DNA of 64,000 bases from Verrucomicrobiia bacterium (GTDB lineage: Bacteria; Verrucomicrobiota; Verrucomicrobiia; Limisphaerales; UBA1319), in assembly GCA_963664225.1 (NCBI GenBank), contig OY760937.1, forward strand, positions 1,440,001 to 1,504,000, given 5' to 3'. A model generated the notes under the pieces. The model was given only the letters and a program-made list of their open reading frames with translations, ran no database searches and was not told the origin of the DNA. Position numbers and translations under genes: made by a program. Below, piece by piece: positions 19,653 to 32,523 of the stretch (position 1 is its first letter; each line of letters opens with the position of its first letter).

Positions 19653-20990
19653 TTACGTCTCAATACCGTAGGCCTTGATCTTATTGTAAAGGGTCTGTCG
19701 GCCAATTCCGAGGCGCCTTGCAGTTTCGAGTTTGTTTCCGCGAGTTTCGTTAAGAATTTGAACAATGGTGTTGCGCTCCATTGCTTCCATTAGCGTCAAC
19801 TCCTCATCGGTTTGGGTTACGGGCGCGCTGGTCACAGATAAATCGGAAACATCCACAACAGATCCCTCGCACATCAGGACCGCCCTTTGAATTTCATTTT
19901 GAAGCTGACGAACATTTCCCGGCCAATCGTGTTTGCGCAAGCGTTCGGAAGCGGCCGGTGTGAATCCTGATATGACCCTGCCTGCCTGAGCGGCAAAACG
20001 TTTTAGAAATGCACCGGCAAGCGGCATGATGTCTTCGCGCCGTTCGCGCAGGGCGGTCAGAGCAATCGTGATGGCGCTGATCCGGTAATACAGGTCTTCC
20101 CGCATTTTTCCGTCACGAATTGCTTCCTCAACCACGCGATTTGTGGAGGCAATGATCCGACAATCCGCCTTGTAACTGGTTCGACCGCCCACAGGACGGT
20201 ACTCCTTTTCCTGTAAGACGCGCAGCAATTTGCTTTGCGTGTCGATGGGCATCTCGGACAACTCGTCCAGCAGCAGTGTTCCACCTTCAGCCTGCCTGAA
20301 TAATCCTTCACGGTCACCTTGGGAGCCGGTATAAGCCCCTTTGACCGATCCAAAAAGTTCGCTCTCAATGAGTTCGTGGGGCAGGGCGGCGCAATTCACT
20401 TTCACGAACGGACCTTTGCTTCGCGGACTCAAGGTGTGCAACAGGTCAGCTATCACTTCTTTGCCTGTGCCACTTTCCCCCGTAATCAGAACCGAAACAT
20501 CGCTGGGAGCGACACGTTCCGCTGTGCGAACCACCGATTTCATGGCCGGACTTTGAAAAATTGGCGCGGTGCCTCCGCTCATCGAAGCAAGCGCCTGGCG
20601 AAGAGAATGGGTTTCCTCGGTCAATTGCTTATGCTCAAGGGCACGCTCGACTGATAGGATCAGCGATTTGGCGTCAAATGGCTTTTGTTGGAAATCGTAT
20701 GCACCCAGCTTTGTGGCTGTAACCGCAGCGTCAATGGTCGCAAAACCTGTCAGAATTATAACCTCTGTGGTTGGCCAAACCTTTTTGATGGCAGGCAGCA
20801 GTTCCAGTCCTTCGGCGTCGGAAAGCTTCAAATCAAGCAGGACAACATCGGGCTGGGGACCGGTCAGGGACGATTTCAAGGTTGCGCCATCACCAATCTC
20901 GGTAGTTTCGTAGTTGGCCCTTTTGAGAATGGTGGACAGGAGTATGCGCACCTCCTGTTCATCATCCACAACCATGATTTTGTTGTTCAT
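19653..20990 (-). CDS. Sigma-54-dependent (NtrC-family) response regulator
   Basis: Receiver domain, GESGTGKE, ESELFG, GAYTG loop, WPGNVRQL, Fis-type HTH. Confidence 0.93.
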   Translation of the reverse strand: MNNKIMVVDDEQEVRILLSTILKRANYETTEIGDGATLKSSLTGPQPDVVLLDLKLSDAEGLELLPAIKKVWPTTEVIILTGFATIDAAVTATKLGAYDFQQKPFDAKSLILSVERALEHKQLTEETHSLRQALASMSGGTAPIFQSPAMKSVVRTAERVAPSDVSVLITGESGTGKEVIADLLHTLSPRSKGPFVKVNCAALPHELIESELFGSVKGAYTGSQGDREGLFRQAEGGTLLLDELSEMPIDTQSKLLRVLQEKEYRPVGGRTSYKADCRIIASTNRVVEEAIRDGKMREDLYYRISAITIALTALRERREDIMPLAGAFLKRFAAQAGRVISGFTPAASERLRKHDWPGNVRQLQNEIQRAVLMCEGSVVDVSDLSVTSAPVTQTDEELTLMEAMERNTIVQILNETRGNKLETARRLGIGRQTLYNKIKAYGIET

Positions 20991-20992
20991 AA

Positions 20993-21757
20993 TTAAGGTT
21001 CCCCCATTCCAACGCAGAAACTTACAAAGCTCTTAAAAAACCCATAGTGCTCGCGATGCCGTTCAAACAAACGCTCAGGATGGTATTGGACCGAGAGCAG
21101 ATAGGGCAATAATTTCGCATTCTCAGGTTTTAATTCAATCCCTTCCATCACTCCATCCGCACTGACTGCGCTGACGCGAAACGGAGCCGCCACGCGATCA
21201 ATGGCCTGATGATGCGCACTGTTAACCTTAATATGCACTTTTCCCGTTATTTTAGCAAGCAAAGTGCCTGGCGCTATGTTGATTTCATGCACCAGGTCGT
21301 CTTTCAGATCGGATCGTTTGTGATTCAGCGCGTTGGGGACCTGCGTGGAAATGTCCACGATTAGTGTGCCTCCAAACGCAACGTTAAGAAGCTGCTGACC
21401 TCTGCAAATTGCCAGCAACGGCTTGCGTTGGTCGAAGACTGCCCGGACCACCTCCATTTCCAAAAGGTCCCGGGCTGGATCAGTCTGTTTGACCGTTGAC
21501 GCCAGGTCGGCGCTCAGCGCAGGGGTGTATAATTGAGGTTGAATGTCATCTCCGCCTGTCAGCATTACGCCATCACAGCGGCGAACGCATTCAGAAATTA
21601 AATTCTTTCCCAACGGAATGGGCATGACCCAGGGAATACCGCCTGCAGCTTCGACTGCCTTTGTGTAGCACTTGGAAAGACTCAGCGAGACGTCACCAAA
21701 TTCCGCACCCTGCATCTGGGTGCATGGAGTGATCAATATTAAGGGAGCCTTTTTCAT
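20993..21757 (-). CDS. Gamma-glutamyl-gamma-aminobutyrate hydrolase family (peptidase C26)
   Basis: LTGGDD, AICRGQQ, NSAHHQ, QYHPE. Confidence 0.88.
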   Translation of the reverse strand: MKKAPLILITPCTQMQGAEFGDVSLSLSKCYTKAVEAAGGIPWVMPIPLGKNLISECVRRCDGVMLTGGDDIQPQLYTPALSADLASTVKQTDPARDLLEMEVVRAVFDQRKPLLAICRGQQLLNVAFGGTLIVDISTQVPNALNHKRSDLKDDLVHEINIAPGTLLAKITGKVHIKVNSAHHQAIDRVAAPFRVSAVSADGVMEGIELKPENAKLLPYLLSVQYHPERLFERHREHYGFFKSFVSFCVGMGEP

Positions 21758-22026
21758 TCCTCCTTAAAATCCGGGAAAAGCTCATGGATGGATTTGAGGA
21801 TTGACGTGGCTTCCTCGGGGCGGACCAACCGTCGCGGGATGCGTCGCTTGACCGCGTCCAATAGCTCAAGCCAATCTTCCAACGGCGGGTGCTCCACAGT
21901 GTGCCACTCATGAAAGCGTTTTTGACGGGAATAGAAAAGCCAGCGATCGCCGACATGATGAGCATAAACCTGCACTTTCATGCCGAACTCATCGATCCGT
22001 TTCCAACTTATTTCGGCTTTAGCCAT
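21754..22026 (-). CDS. Hypothetical protein
   Basis: Tightly coupled to both neighbours in the operon. Confidence 0.75.
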   Translation of the reverse strand: MAKAEISWKRIDEFGMKVQVYAHHVGDRWLFYSRQKRFHEWHTVEHPPLEDWLELLDAVKRRIPRRLVRPEEATSILKSIHELFPDFKEE

Positions 22027-22029
22027 GAT

Positions 22030-22509
22030 TTAATCGTGAAGATCGACGCTTGCAACCGCCATGGCGGCTATGCCTTCTTTGCGGCCCAAAAACCCCATGC
22101 GTTCATTCGTGGTGGCTTTGATTCCAACACGTTTGGGATGGATTCCCAGCGCCTGTGCAATGTGCGTTTTCATGGCAGGCATGTGGGGCAGCAATTTGGG
22201 TTCCTCGGCAATCAAGGTTGCATCCACGTTAATAATTTTTGCGTCATGAAATTCAACCTGGCGGGCGGCCTCCTGCAAAAACAGATGGCTCGCCGCGTTA
22301 TGCCAGCGAGGATCCGTATTGGGGAAAAACTTTCCGATATCACCTTCACCCAAGGCCCCAAAAATGGCATCGCAAATCGCATGCATCAATACATCCGCAT
22401 CCGAATGGCCATCCAGACCCTTGGTGTAGGGTATAATAACCCCGCCTAAAATCAATTTTCGCCCTTCCACCAGTGGATGAACGTCGTATCCAATACCGCA
22501 ATGAACCAT
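22030..22509 (-). CDS. ispF: 2-C-methyl-D-erythritol 2,4-cyclodiphosphate synthase
   Basis: GIGYDVH, GHSDADV..HAI.DA, GDIG..FP, KATTNE. Confidence 0.97.
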   Translation of the reverse strand: MVHCGIGYDVHPLVEGRKLILGGVIIPYTKGLDGHSDADVLMHAICDAIFGALGEGDIGKFFPNTDPRWHNAASHLFLQEAARQVEFHDAKIINVDATLIAEEPKLLPHMPAMKTHIAQALGIHPKRVGIKATTNERMGFLGRKEGIAAMAVASVDLHD

Positions 22510-22591
22510 GCCCTAATATAAGGGGTGAATTGGTGGTCAACCAAGCAAATAATGCTAAATCGCTCGGTTGCCCCGGGACTGCTCGATGCAC

Positions 22592-24721
22592 TCAGGACTT
22601 CGATTCCAATCGTTTGCTCAACTCGCGATAATCGGTCTTTCCAGTGCCCAGTTTGGGAATTTCCTTCACCGCGCTCACTTCTCTTGGAACGCACAAATTA
22701 CTGAATCCACGAGACTTCAAAAGCGTGCGGATTGCCTCCAACTGAATGCGTGGTTCATTGGTCACGGCGATCAACGCTTCGCCTTTATCCGCATCCGGCC
22801 GGGTCACAATCACCACTTCGCTCTTCAAGCCAAGGCTGGCAAACGCCCCGGCGAGTGCGTCTTCGATGGCGGTAAGACTGACCATTTCGCCACTGATTTT
22901 CGCAAATCGCTTCAATCGGCCAAGAATCTCCACGTGGCCTTCATCGTCAACCCGGGCGATGTCGCCCGTGTCATACCAGCCGTTGAGAGCCTGAAACCTG
23001 GCGTCCGGTTCCGCATTGATATAGCGCCGCATTATGTTGGGACCGCGCACGAACAAGCGACCCCCATTCTCGACGCCATCGACGGGTTCCATTTTGTATT
23101 CGATGGCCGGCAGAAAGCGGCCAGCCGATGAAAAACGAGGCATCCGGGGAGTATTCACAGTAAGACATGGAGAACACTCAGTGGCTCCGTAGCCCTCAAG
23201 CACTCGAACTCCAAATTTCCGGGACCATGTGTTGACCGTATTCTCCTGGAGCTTTTCGGCGCCGACAAAAAGATAGCGCACGCTGCGAAAATCCATCGGA
23301 TTTGCACGTCTGGCAAACCCGTTTAGAAACGTGTTGGTGGCCAGAACCAGGGTGCAATTGCGATCATAGATGATCGTGGGGATCAGGCGATAATGCAGGG
23401 GCGAAACGTAGAGAAAGGTGTACAGACCGCGCACCAAGGGAAGGAGCGTCCCAATGGTGAGCCCGAAACTGTGAAAAATTGGAAGGGCGTTGAACATCCG
23501 ATCGCAGTCGGTCAGATCGATGACCGAGAGCATCTGGCGGATATTGGCGATTAGATTGCGATGGCTTAACTCCACTGCTTTGGGTTCCCCCTCAGAGCCG
23601 CTAGTAAAAAGTATTACCGCGGGGTTCTCCGGCTTCAATTTGGCATCGGATAATCCACGGCCAAATCTGGAGCCAACCATTCCGACAAACTTGGCAGTCC
23701 AATGAATACCGGCCCGAACCTCTTCAATGAAAATCAATTCAATACCCGCCTGTTTCCAGGGTTCCATGGGAATTTTAGCGCGTTGGAGAAACTGCCGTGA
23801 GGTGATGATTTGCTTCAATCCCGCCACCTGCACGCAGCGAAGCATGCCCGCCATGCCGGTCGAATAATTTAAAATGGCGGGAACGCGACCCTGCGCCCAC
23901 AGGCTCAACAACACGGCCACCGTGCCATTGACATTGGGAAGCAATACGCCGATTTCCGTCGATTTCAGCCGACCCTTCCATTCGCTTCCGAGCAGGCTGA
24001 TTCCCAGCGTGAGGCGTCGAAACGTCAGCGTTTGCCGGGTGGCGTCTTCAAGAATGACTTGCCCGGGCCGTTGCGCCGCCATCTTCGCAATAGCCCCGAA
24101 TACCGTTCGAGGACCGAATTGCATCTCGACATCGAATTGCTGGCGGATCATCAGGTCCGACAGCCAGCCTGTAAGGCGAACGCGGGCCTGGCCGGCACCA
24201 AGGTTTTCGAATTTGGGGGGATTAGCGACCGCGCTGAAATGCACCGAAATCCGCGGAAACCATTGGGTCCATCCTGTATGGCGCACCCATGGAATGCGAT
24301 TCACATTCCGAAGATGGCAGGTGATGACCTTCGCATTGGTCTTGTGCAGGAGAAACCCGGTCCCTTCATAAAGTTTCATCAACGACCCTGTCATGGAAAT
24401 CCGGCCTTCGGCGAAAAGAACAAGTCGGCCACCCCCCTGAAGATATTCCGCCATGCGCTTTACAGCGTAGGGAGATGCCGGATCGATGGGGAAAGTCCGC
24501 TTGTTAACCATGATCCAGCGGTGGAGCCATGTGGTTTGAGCGGTGACACTTGAAGTGACGAATTTCCAGTCGTCATCCAGACAGACACCGACAAACAGCC
24601 AGTCCAGCCAGGAAACATGATTGGGGATCAATAAAACCGGCCCCGTCGTGCTTAAAACTTCCGGATTAAGGATTCGGAATCCATAGAGCCACCGGAGTAG
24701 AAAGCGAAGGATTTGTTTCAT
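22592..24721 (-). CDS. aas: Bifunctional 2-acylglycerophosphoethanolamine acyltransferase / acyl-ACP synthetase
   Basis: NHVSWLD and FAEGR acyltransferase motifs; FTSGSEGEPK, EGYGATE, YDTGD AMP-binding motifs. Confidence 0.9.
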   Translation of the reverse strand: MKQILRFLLRWLYGFRILNPEVLSTTGPVLLIPNHVSWLDWLFVGVCLDDDWKFVTSSVTAQTTWLHRWIMVNKRTFPIDPASPYAVKRMAEYLQGGGRLVLFAEGRISMTGSLMKLYEGTGFLLHKTNAKVITCHLRNVNRIPWVRHTGWTQWFPRISVHFSAVANPPKFENLGAGQARVRLTGWLSDLMIRQQFDVEMQFGPRTVFGAIAKMAAQRPGQVILEDATRQTLTFRRLTLGISLLGSEWKGRLKSTEIGVLLPNVNGTVAVLLSLWAQGRVPAILNYSTGMAGMLRCVQVAGLKQIITSRQFLQRAKIPMEPWKQAGIELIFIEEVRAGIHWTAKFVGMVGSRFGRGLSDAKLKPENPAVILFTSGSEGEPKAVELSHRNLIANIRQMLSVIDLTDCDRMFNALPIFHSFGLTIGTLLPLVRGLYTFLYVSPLHYRLIPTIIYDRNCTLVLATNTFLNGFARRANPMDFRSVRYLFVGAEKLQENTVNTWSRKFGVRVLEGYGATECSPCLTVNTPRMPRFSSAGRFLPAIEYKMEPVDGVENGGRLFVRGPNIMRRYINAEPDARFQALNGWYDTGDIARVDDEGHVEILGRLKRFAKISGEMVSLTAIEDALAGAFASLGLKSEVVIVTRPDADKGEALIAVTNEPRIQLEAIRTLLKSRGFSNLCVPREVSAVKEIPKLGTGKTDYRELSKRLESKS

Positions 24722-24742
24722 AGGTCGATGGTTAATCAAATA

Positions 24743-25147
24743 CTAACGTGTCACGCGGTCCTGCCTCCAACGTTCCAAAAGCGCACACAAAACATACAAG
24801 AGTCCGGGAAGATAGATGAGTGGAAAAAACCAGCCGCCCGGCCAACGACTGAAGCCGCTCGCCCAATAGTTAAGCAGGTAAAAGCCACCCATGCTCATGA
24901 CGATGAGAATTCCTCCGGGGATTTCCCAACGGCAGCCGAGGAATAATCCAGTCGTTGCGCTCAAAAAAAACGCCATCATGAGCCATTCCATTGGAGATTT
25001 ATGTGAAAATAAACCTCCTTCGCCAACCATTATGACCAGAATAAGGGCGCCCAACAATAGGCCGATGCTTCGGGCTGTCCAACGGATGAAAGACAGAGTG
25101 ATTGAGGTTGGATTTTGGGGGGCGGTGCGTGTCTGGGTTGTGTTCAT
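24743..25147 (-). CDS. Small multi-pass membrane protein
   Basis: About four hydrophobic segments; overlaps the MarR stop. Confidence 0.75.
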   Translation of the reverse strand: MNTTQTRTAPQNPTSITLSFIRWTARSIGLLLGALILVIMVGEGGLFSHKSPMEWLMMAFFLSATTGLFLGCRWEIPGGILIVMSMGGFYLLNYWASGFSRWPGGWFFPLIYLPGLLYVLCALLERWRQDRVTR

Positions 25148-25623
25148 ATCATGTCTTCCTGCGTTCCGCGTTGTGCGATCTGTGCGACTGTTTTGCTGAG
25201 TTTATCCAAAGTGGCCTCGATTTGATTTGCCTGTCCAACGGAAATGCCACCCCATATCTCTTCCGCAGCCTGATGGTAATGGGGCAGTATTTCATTAAGA
25301 AGTCTGCGTCCTCGTTCCGTCAGAGTCACCCGGTAGGCACGCCGATCACCGGGCGTTTCCTTTCGTTGAAGGAGCTTGCGCTTTTCCATGCGGTCCACCA
25401 ATCCGGTGACATTGGACCGATGCATGATAAGCTGACGGCTCAGCTCAGCCTGTGACATGCCGTTGGGCTCACCGACCAGCAAATTGAGAATGTTGAACTG
25501 GCTGGGACTCAGTTTCCAACGATCAAAGAACACGCGACTTCCCTCCCAGAGGGCCTCGGCGGCGCGTAAAAGCCCCAAGGTGGCCTGGTAATGAGGCCCC
25601 GGGAGATTCCAATTTACACTCAT
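25144..25623 (-). CDS. MarR family transcriptional regulator
   Basis: LSPSQFNIL, SQAELS...RSNVTGLVDRME, DRRAYRVTLT..GR; imperfect palindrome TGTTTATGTGTCAACA just upstream. Confidence 0.93.
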   Translation of the reverse strand: MSVNWNLPGPHYQATLGLLRAAEALWEGSRVFFDRWKLSPSQFNILNLLVGEPNGMSQAELSRQLIMHRSNVTGLVDRMEKRKLLQRKETPGDRRAYRVTLTERGRRLLNEILPHYHQAAEEIWGGISVGQANQIEATLDKLSKTVAQIAQRGTQEDMI

Positions 25624-25735
25624 GACAAAAGAATACACATAGATTGTTTATGTGTCAACATAATCGAAGCGATAATCCATATTTGGCCTCGATTCCCGGC
25701 TTGCGATTTCCCCTGGCACCATTGAGACTGGTTGC

Positions 25736-28567
25736 GTGCTCACGTTACTGGAAAAGATCGAAGCGGACGCGGCAGCACGGTTGCCGATTCCGTCCGGGCG
25801 TCAACCCGCGCAGGATTTAACGGGCTATAAGACCTATCTCAAGGTTGAAACGCACCGATTGAAAATCCTGCATTGCGGCGGGGCAGGGGGACGGGAAATA
25901 TGCCAAGCCCGGGCGGCCATGATGGACGCCCTATTGCGTCATTTGCTTTTGGCGGCCAAGGCGGCCATCCCGGCAACCGGGAAGACACCCCCGCCTCCGC
26001 TTGCCCTTGTGGCGATCGGGGGATATGGCCGCAGCGAATTGAATCCCCAGAGCGATATCGACATCATGTTTCTCCACGACGGCGGCGATCTGGTGGAACA
26101 TGGAAAACATCACGCCTGCATGTCCGCGTTGACCCAGGCGATGCTGTATCCGCTTTACGACATCGGCATCAAAGTGGGACACTCAGTCCGCACGATCAAG
26201 GAGTGCGTGAAAGTGGCCAACAGCGACATGCAATCCAAAACGTCGCTCATCGAGGCGCGGTTGGTGACCGGGGACGCGGCTTTGTTTGCGCGGATGCAAA
26301 AGGAGGTCGTGGAAAAGTGCATCGAGGGATACGAAAACGAGTATATCGCGGCGCGATTGGAGGATCAGTCGGCGCGGCGCGCAAAATTCGGGGACTCGGC
26401 CTCAATGCAGGAACCTAATATCAAGAATGGCTGCGGCGGGTTGCGTGACTACCAAAACCTGCTGTGGATGGCTTATTTCAAATACCGGGTGCGAACGTTG
26501 GAAGAACTCCAGGAACGCGAATGGATCAGCGAATCCGAGAGGCGCCAACTGGAGGGAGCCTATGATTTTCTGCTGCGCGTCCGCAATGACCTTCACTACC
26601 ACGTGAAGCGCCCGTTGGACGTGATTCTCAAAAGCGTTCAACCGACCCTGGCCAACAACCTGGGCTACACGGACCGATCGCCCATCAAGCGCCTGGAAAA
26701 ATTCATGCGTGTGCTTTACACGCACCTGCGCAACGTCTATTTGATCACCCGCACCCTTGAGCAGCGGCTGGCGTTCCAGCAGAAACCCAAGCCCAGGCCA
26801 TCCCTTCGCGAATTGCTGCTGCCGCTCCGCCGGGAGAAACCCGAGCAGTTGGTTGACGGCTTCAAGATCATGAATGGAGAGTTGCTGCCCGGATCGAGTC
26901 GTGTGTTTCGCGACCAACCGCGCCGATTGATGCGCGTTTTTCTGCATGCGCAACAGCGAGGGTTGAAATTGCATCCCGACCTCATCCAGATGATCCGCCA
27001 CCAGCTCAATCTGGTGGATCGCAATTTTCTCCATGACCCGCATGTGCATGAGACCTTCCTGGAGATCCTCAACCAACGAGGCAACGTGGCGCCAACGTTG
27101 CGAACGATGCATGAAGTGGACCTTCTTGGACGCTATATGCCCGAGTTTGGCAAGTTAACCTGTCTCGTTCAGCACGAATTTTTTCATCGCTATACCGCCG
27201 ACGAGCACACGTTGATTTGTCTGGAAATGCTGGACGCGGTTTGGGCTGGAAAGACCGCCCCATTCAATCGCTATACCACCCTGTTTCAAAAGATTGAACG
27301 GCCGTTTGTTCTCTATCTGGCGCTTCTCCTCCATGATGCTGGAAAGTCCGCGATGACGCGCAAACACACCGATGACAGCGTTCGCATGGCGCAGCACGCG
27401 GCCAAGCGGCTGGGGCTGGACGCACAGGCCACGCAATCGCTTAAACTGATCATCGAAAACCATCTTGCGATGATTCAAATTTCCCAGAGCCGCGATCTTG
27501 AGGATCCGTCCATTGCCCGCAAATTCGCGGTTCAGATCAAAACACTTGAGAATCTCAACTGCCTCCTGCTGCATACGTTGACTGATTCGCTTGGGACCCG
27601 CTCCGACCTGTGGGGGGATTTCAAGGAGGCGCTTGTTCTCACGCTTTATGAGCAGACCAAGCAGGCGCTCTCAGGGGATGGCAGTGTGGAGCGGGTCGAG
27701 GACAAACAGCGCGAATTGCTCGCTCAATCCGTGCGGAAAACGCTGCCCAAAACCATCGGTGTGGATGAATTTACGGCCCATTTTGAAATGATGCCGGCCC
27801 GCTATTTTCAAATGTATTCGGCCAATGAAGTGCTGGCTGACATTCAATGCGCCCACCAATTTTTACAACTCCAGACGCACGAGGGCAGCGGCCCCCTGGA
27901 GCCGGTTCTTGCCTGGAGCAATATCGCCGACCGCGGCTATGCCATCCTAAAAGTCTGCACATGGGACCGCGCCGGCCTGTTCAGTAAAATTGCCGGAGCG
28001 TTGACATCGGCCGAATTGAACATTCTTGGCGCGCGCATTTTTTCGCGGTCTGATGGAATTATTTTTGACACCTTTTTTGTGGCTGAAGCGCGGACTGGCG
28101 CATTGCCTGGAAAGGAAATTCGGGAGAAATGCGAGGCGCTGGTCAAGTCCTCACTCACCACCAATCTTGATGTGGGCATCTTGATCAACCAACAAAAAGC
28201 GGGCCGTCCCCTTTACCAGTACCTGGAGGGCGAACGCATTCCCACAGTCATACGCTTCGACAATTCCTCCTCCGAAACCCATACCATTATTGATGTGGAA
28301 ACCGAGGATCGCGTTGGGTTGCTCTACACCTTGTCCCGCACCCTCAGCGAATTGGGGTTGGACATTGCCACCTCAAAAATCAGCACGGAAAAAGGCGCGG
28401 CTCTGGACAGCTTCTATGTCCGCCAGATGCACGATGGAAAAATCGTCGATGCCGATCGCACCAAGGCAGTCGAAGATGAGTTGCGCGCCGCCGTGATGTC
28501 CCTGGATGGAGCCGCTGGAAAAGCCCACGCCAGCCACGCAACAGGGTTTGAAATCAAATCGAGTTGA
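25736..28567 (+). CDS. glnD: [Protein-PII] uridylyltransferase
   Basis: AIGGYGRSELNPQSDIDIMFL, EPNIKNGCGGLRD, HRYTADEHT, LLHDAGK, two C-terminal ACT domains. Confidence 0.96.
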   Translation: MLTLLEKIEADAAARLPIPSGRQPAQDLTGYKTYLKVETHRLKILHCGGAGGREICQARAAMMDALLRHLLLAAKAAIPATGKTPPPPLALVAIGGYGRSELNPQSDIDIMFLHDGGDLVEHGKHHACMSALTQAMLYPLYDIGIKVGHSVRTIKECVKVANSDMQSKTSLIEARLVTGDAALFARMQKEVVEKCIEGYENEYIAARLEDQSARRAKFGDSASMQEPNIKNGCGGLRDYQNLLWMAYFKYRVRTLEELQEREWISESERRQLEGAYDFLLRVRNDLHYHVKRPLDVILKSVQPTLANNLGYTDRSPIKRLEKFMRVLYTHLRNVYLITRTLEQRLAFQQKPKPRPSLRELLLPLRREKPEQLVDGFKIMNGELLPGSSRVFRDQPRRLMRVFLHAQQRGLKLHPDLIQMIRHQLNLVDRNFLHDPHVHETFLEILNQRGNVAPTLRTMHEVDLLGRYMPEFGKLTCLVQHEFFHRYTADEHTLICLEMLDAVWAGKTAPFNRYTTLFQKIERPFVLYLALLLHDAGKSAMTRKHTDDSVRMAQHAAKRLGLDAQATQSLKLIIENHLAMIQISQSRDLEDPSIARKFAVQIKTLENLNCLLLHTLTDSLGTRSDLWGDFKEALVLTLYEQTKQALSGDGSVERVEDKQRELLAQSVRKTLPKTIGVDEFTAHFEMMPARYFQMYSANEVLADIQCAHQFLQLQTHEGSGPLEPVLAWSNIADRGYAILKVCTWDRAGLFSKIAGALTSAELNILGARIFSRSDGIIFDTFFVAEARTGALPGKEIREKCEALVKSSLTTNLDVGILINQQKAGRPLYQYLEGERIPTVIRFDNSSSETHTIIDVETEDRVGLLYTLSRTLSELGLDIATSKISTEKGAALDSFYVRQMHDGKIVDADRTKAVEDELRAAVMSLDGAAGKAHASHATGFEIKSS

Positions 28568-28601
28568 CGGGACAGTGATCGGGTTTTACTTTTGCCCTAG
28601 A

Positions 28602-28707
28602 AGCGAGGGGAGCCCATGACGTCGCAAGTGCGGCGAGGCTGAGAGTTTCACGCGGGAGCGTGGAAGACCCTTAGAACCTGATCCAGATAATGCTGGCGAA
28701 GGGAAAC
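28602..28707 (+). ncRNA. TPP riboswitch
   Basis: AGGGGAGC...GCTGAGA...GACCCTTAGAACCTGATCCAGATAATGCTGGCGAAGGGAA directly upstream of thiC. Confidence 0.95.
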
Positions 28708-28763
28708 ATTCCCATTATTGGGCCATTCTCTTCATACAGGCTTTCTGCTCGCTGAGTTTCTGA

Positions 28764-30662
<1,899 letters not shown>

Positions 30663-30767
30663 GCGCGGACATCCTGTCATCGTGGACATGGATGACTTGA
30701 CCTGGCCAGCGAATCCAGGTTGCTTGCTTATCGCATAAATGGTTTCATGATTCCCGTTATGGCGATT

Positions 30768-31535
30768 ATGAAACCAGATCATCTGACCGGGTTGAACAAC
30801 GTTAATGGCGCCGCAATCCATGTTGCGGAAGATTACGCCTCGACGAGTCGTGCGGCGTCGGAATGGCTGGCAGGCGCCATTCAAGCCAAACCGGATTCCT
30901 TGCTCTGTCTGGCTACAGGCGCGTCTCCCACGGGCACCTACGCCGGCCTTGCAGAAAGATGCGCAGCCAGACCGGAACTTTTTAGAAAGGTCCGATACAT
31001 CAAAATGGATGAATGGGGTGGTCTGCCGATGGATGATCAAGCCTCTTCCGAGTTTTACTTGCGCAAACATGTCCTTGGTCCGCTGCGCGTTGATGAACAG
31101 CGCTATTTTGCGTGGAATAGCCGCCCTCTCGATGAAGCCGCCGAATGTCGGCGGGTCGCTGGCTGGGTGCAGTCCAATGGTCCCATTTCCATCGCCATTA
31201 TTGGCATGGGCTTGAATGGGCATGTCGGTTTCAACGAACCTTCCGATTCCTTGCCCTGCGGTCCCCATGTGGCGGAATTGTCGTTAATGTCTCAACAGCA
31301 TTCGATGTTGGGAGACCAAAAAGGAAAGATTCACTCCGGATATACCCTGGGAATGGACGACATTCTTCGTTCTCATAAAATCCTCCTATTGGTCAGTGGC
31401 GCATCGAAGGCCGAGCCGATGCGGCAATTGTTTTCGAGACAAATAACCACTCGATTTCCTGCATCCCTGTTATGGTTGCATCCCAACCTCTCCATTTTTT
31501 GCGACCGTGCATCCACCAGCCTCATTCAAGAATAG
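30768..31535 (+). CDS. Glucosamine/galactosamine-6-phosphate deaminase/isomerase family
   Basis: CLATGASP, MDEW, GMGLNGHVGFNEP, PASLL..H. Confidence 0.88.
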   Translation: MKPDHLTGLNNVNGAAIHVAEDYASTSRAASEWLAGAIQAKPDSLLCLATGASPTGTYAGLAERCAARPELFRKVRYIKMDEWGGLPMDDQASSEFYLRKHVLGPLRVDEQRYFAWNSRPLDEAAECRRVAGWVQSNGPISIAIIGMGLNGHVGFNEPSDSLPCGPHVAELSLMSQQHSMLGDQKGKIHSGYTLGMDDILRSHKILLLVSGASKAEPMRQLFSRQITTRFPASLLWLHPNLSIFCDRASTSLIQE

Positions 31536-31550
31536 GCGTTGCTCCTGATC

Positions 31551-32474
31551 ATGCCCGGAAAGGCCATAGGTATTGACATTGGCGGCACCAAGATGGCGGT
31601 TGGTGCCGTCAATAACGAGGGTTTGGTGCTGCATCAGGTGGTCCTGCCAACAGAGGCGGGGAAAGGTTTTTCAAGGGCGGTCAACCGATTGGCTGATGCC
31701 ATCGATGGCATTATGTCGCAAGTCTCTTCTGTGCCTGAGGATTGGGAGGGGATTGGCATCGGTTGCGCTGGCCCCGTCGATTCCATTCGGGGCCTTATCA
31801 ATAATCCGTTCACGCTGACTGGCTGGAATAATAGCGATATTCTAACGCCGTTGCGGGAGCGGTTTCGATTGCCCGTCCTTCTGGAAAACGATGTTGCTGC
31901 AGCGGCTTTGGGGGAATGGCGGTTTGGCGCCGGTTGTCGCTCGAACCCAATGCTGATGCTCATGTTTGGCACAGGAGTGGGGGGTGCTGTTGTCCGCGAT
32001 GGTTTTCTTTACAAGGGATATGAAGGTGGGCATCCGGAGCTCGGCCATATACCCGCACTTGCGGACGGGCCTGATTGTTACTGTGGGACGCGCGGATGCC
32101 TTGAATCTCTGGCGTCCGGCAATGCGCTGGCGTGCGCTGGGAATGGCGTTGGAATTGCAGATGCATCGGCAGTTTTTGCCGCCGCCCAAAATGGCAATGC
32201 TGCGGCTTTAAGAATTGAGGAGCAGGCCATCCGGGCTGTAGTTGCAGGCGTTTGGTCACTGTGTCACGCGTTTCTTCCCCAGCGAGTCGTGCTTGGAGGT
32301 GGAATCATGGAAGCGCACTACGATTTGTTTGCGCCCGGCATCGTGCGGCAATTATCGCGCGCCACCCAGTTTTCTCCTTCATCCATCACTGTTGCCCGGT
32401 CCACGCTCGGTGGAAATTCTGGAATGGTGGGTGCTGCCAGCATGGTCTTCGCCGCCCGCCCGTCGGCGCAATAA
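31551..32474 (+). CDS. ROK family sugar kinase
   Basis: GIDIGGTK, LENDV, GTGVGG, ELGH, CYCGTRGCLE. Confidence 0.92.
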   Translation: MPGKAIGIDIGGTKMAVGAVNNEGLVLHQVVLPTEAGKGFSRAVNRLADAIDGIMSQVSSVPEDWEGIGIGCAGPVDSIRGLINNPFTLTGWNNSDILTPLRERFRLPVLLENDVAAAALGEWRFGAGCRSNPMLMLMFGTGVGGAVVRDGFLYKGYEGGHPELGHIPALADGPDCYCGTRGCLESLASGNALACAGNGVGIADASAVFAAAQNGNAAALRIEEQAIRAVVAGVWSLCHAFLPQRVVLGGGIMEAHYDLFAPGIVRQLSRATQFSPSSITVARSTLGGNSGMVGAASMVFAARPSAQ

Positions 32475-32523
32475 TAATGCTTTGTATTTGCAGTCCGATG
32501 CGCTTAATTTGGCCTCGTAACCC

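Noticed and set aside
19653..20990. GAYTGS in place of GAFTGA in the sigma-54 activator
   Set aside because: Conservative variant; not enough to claim sigma-54 independence
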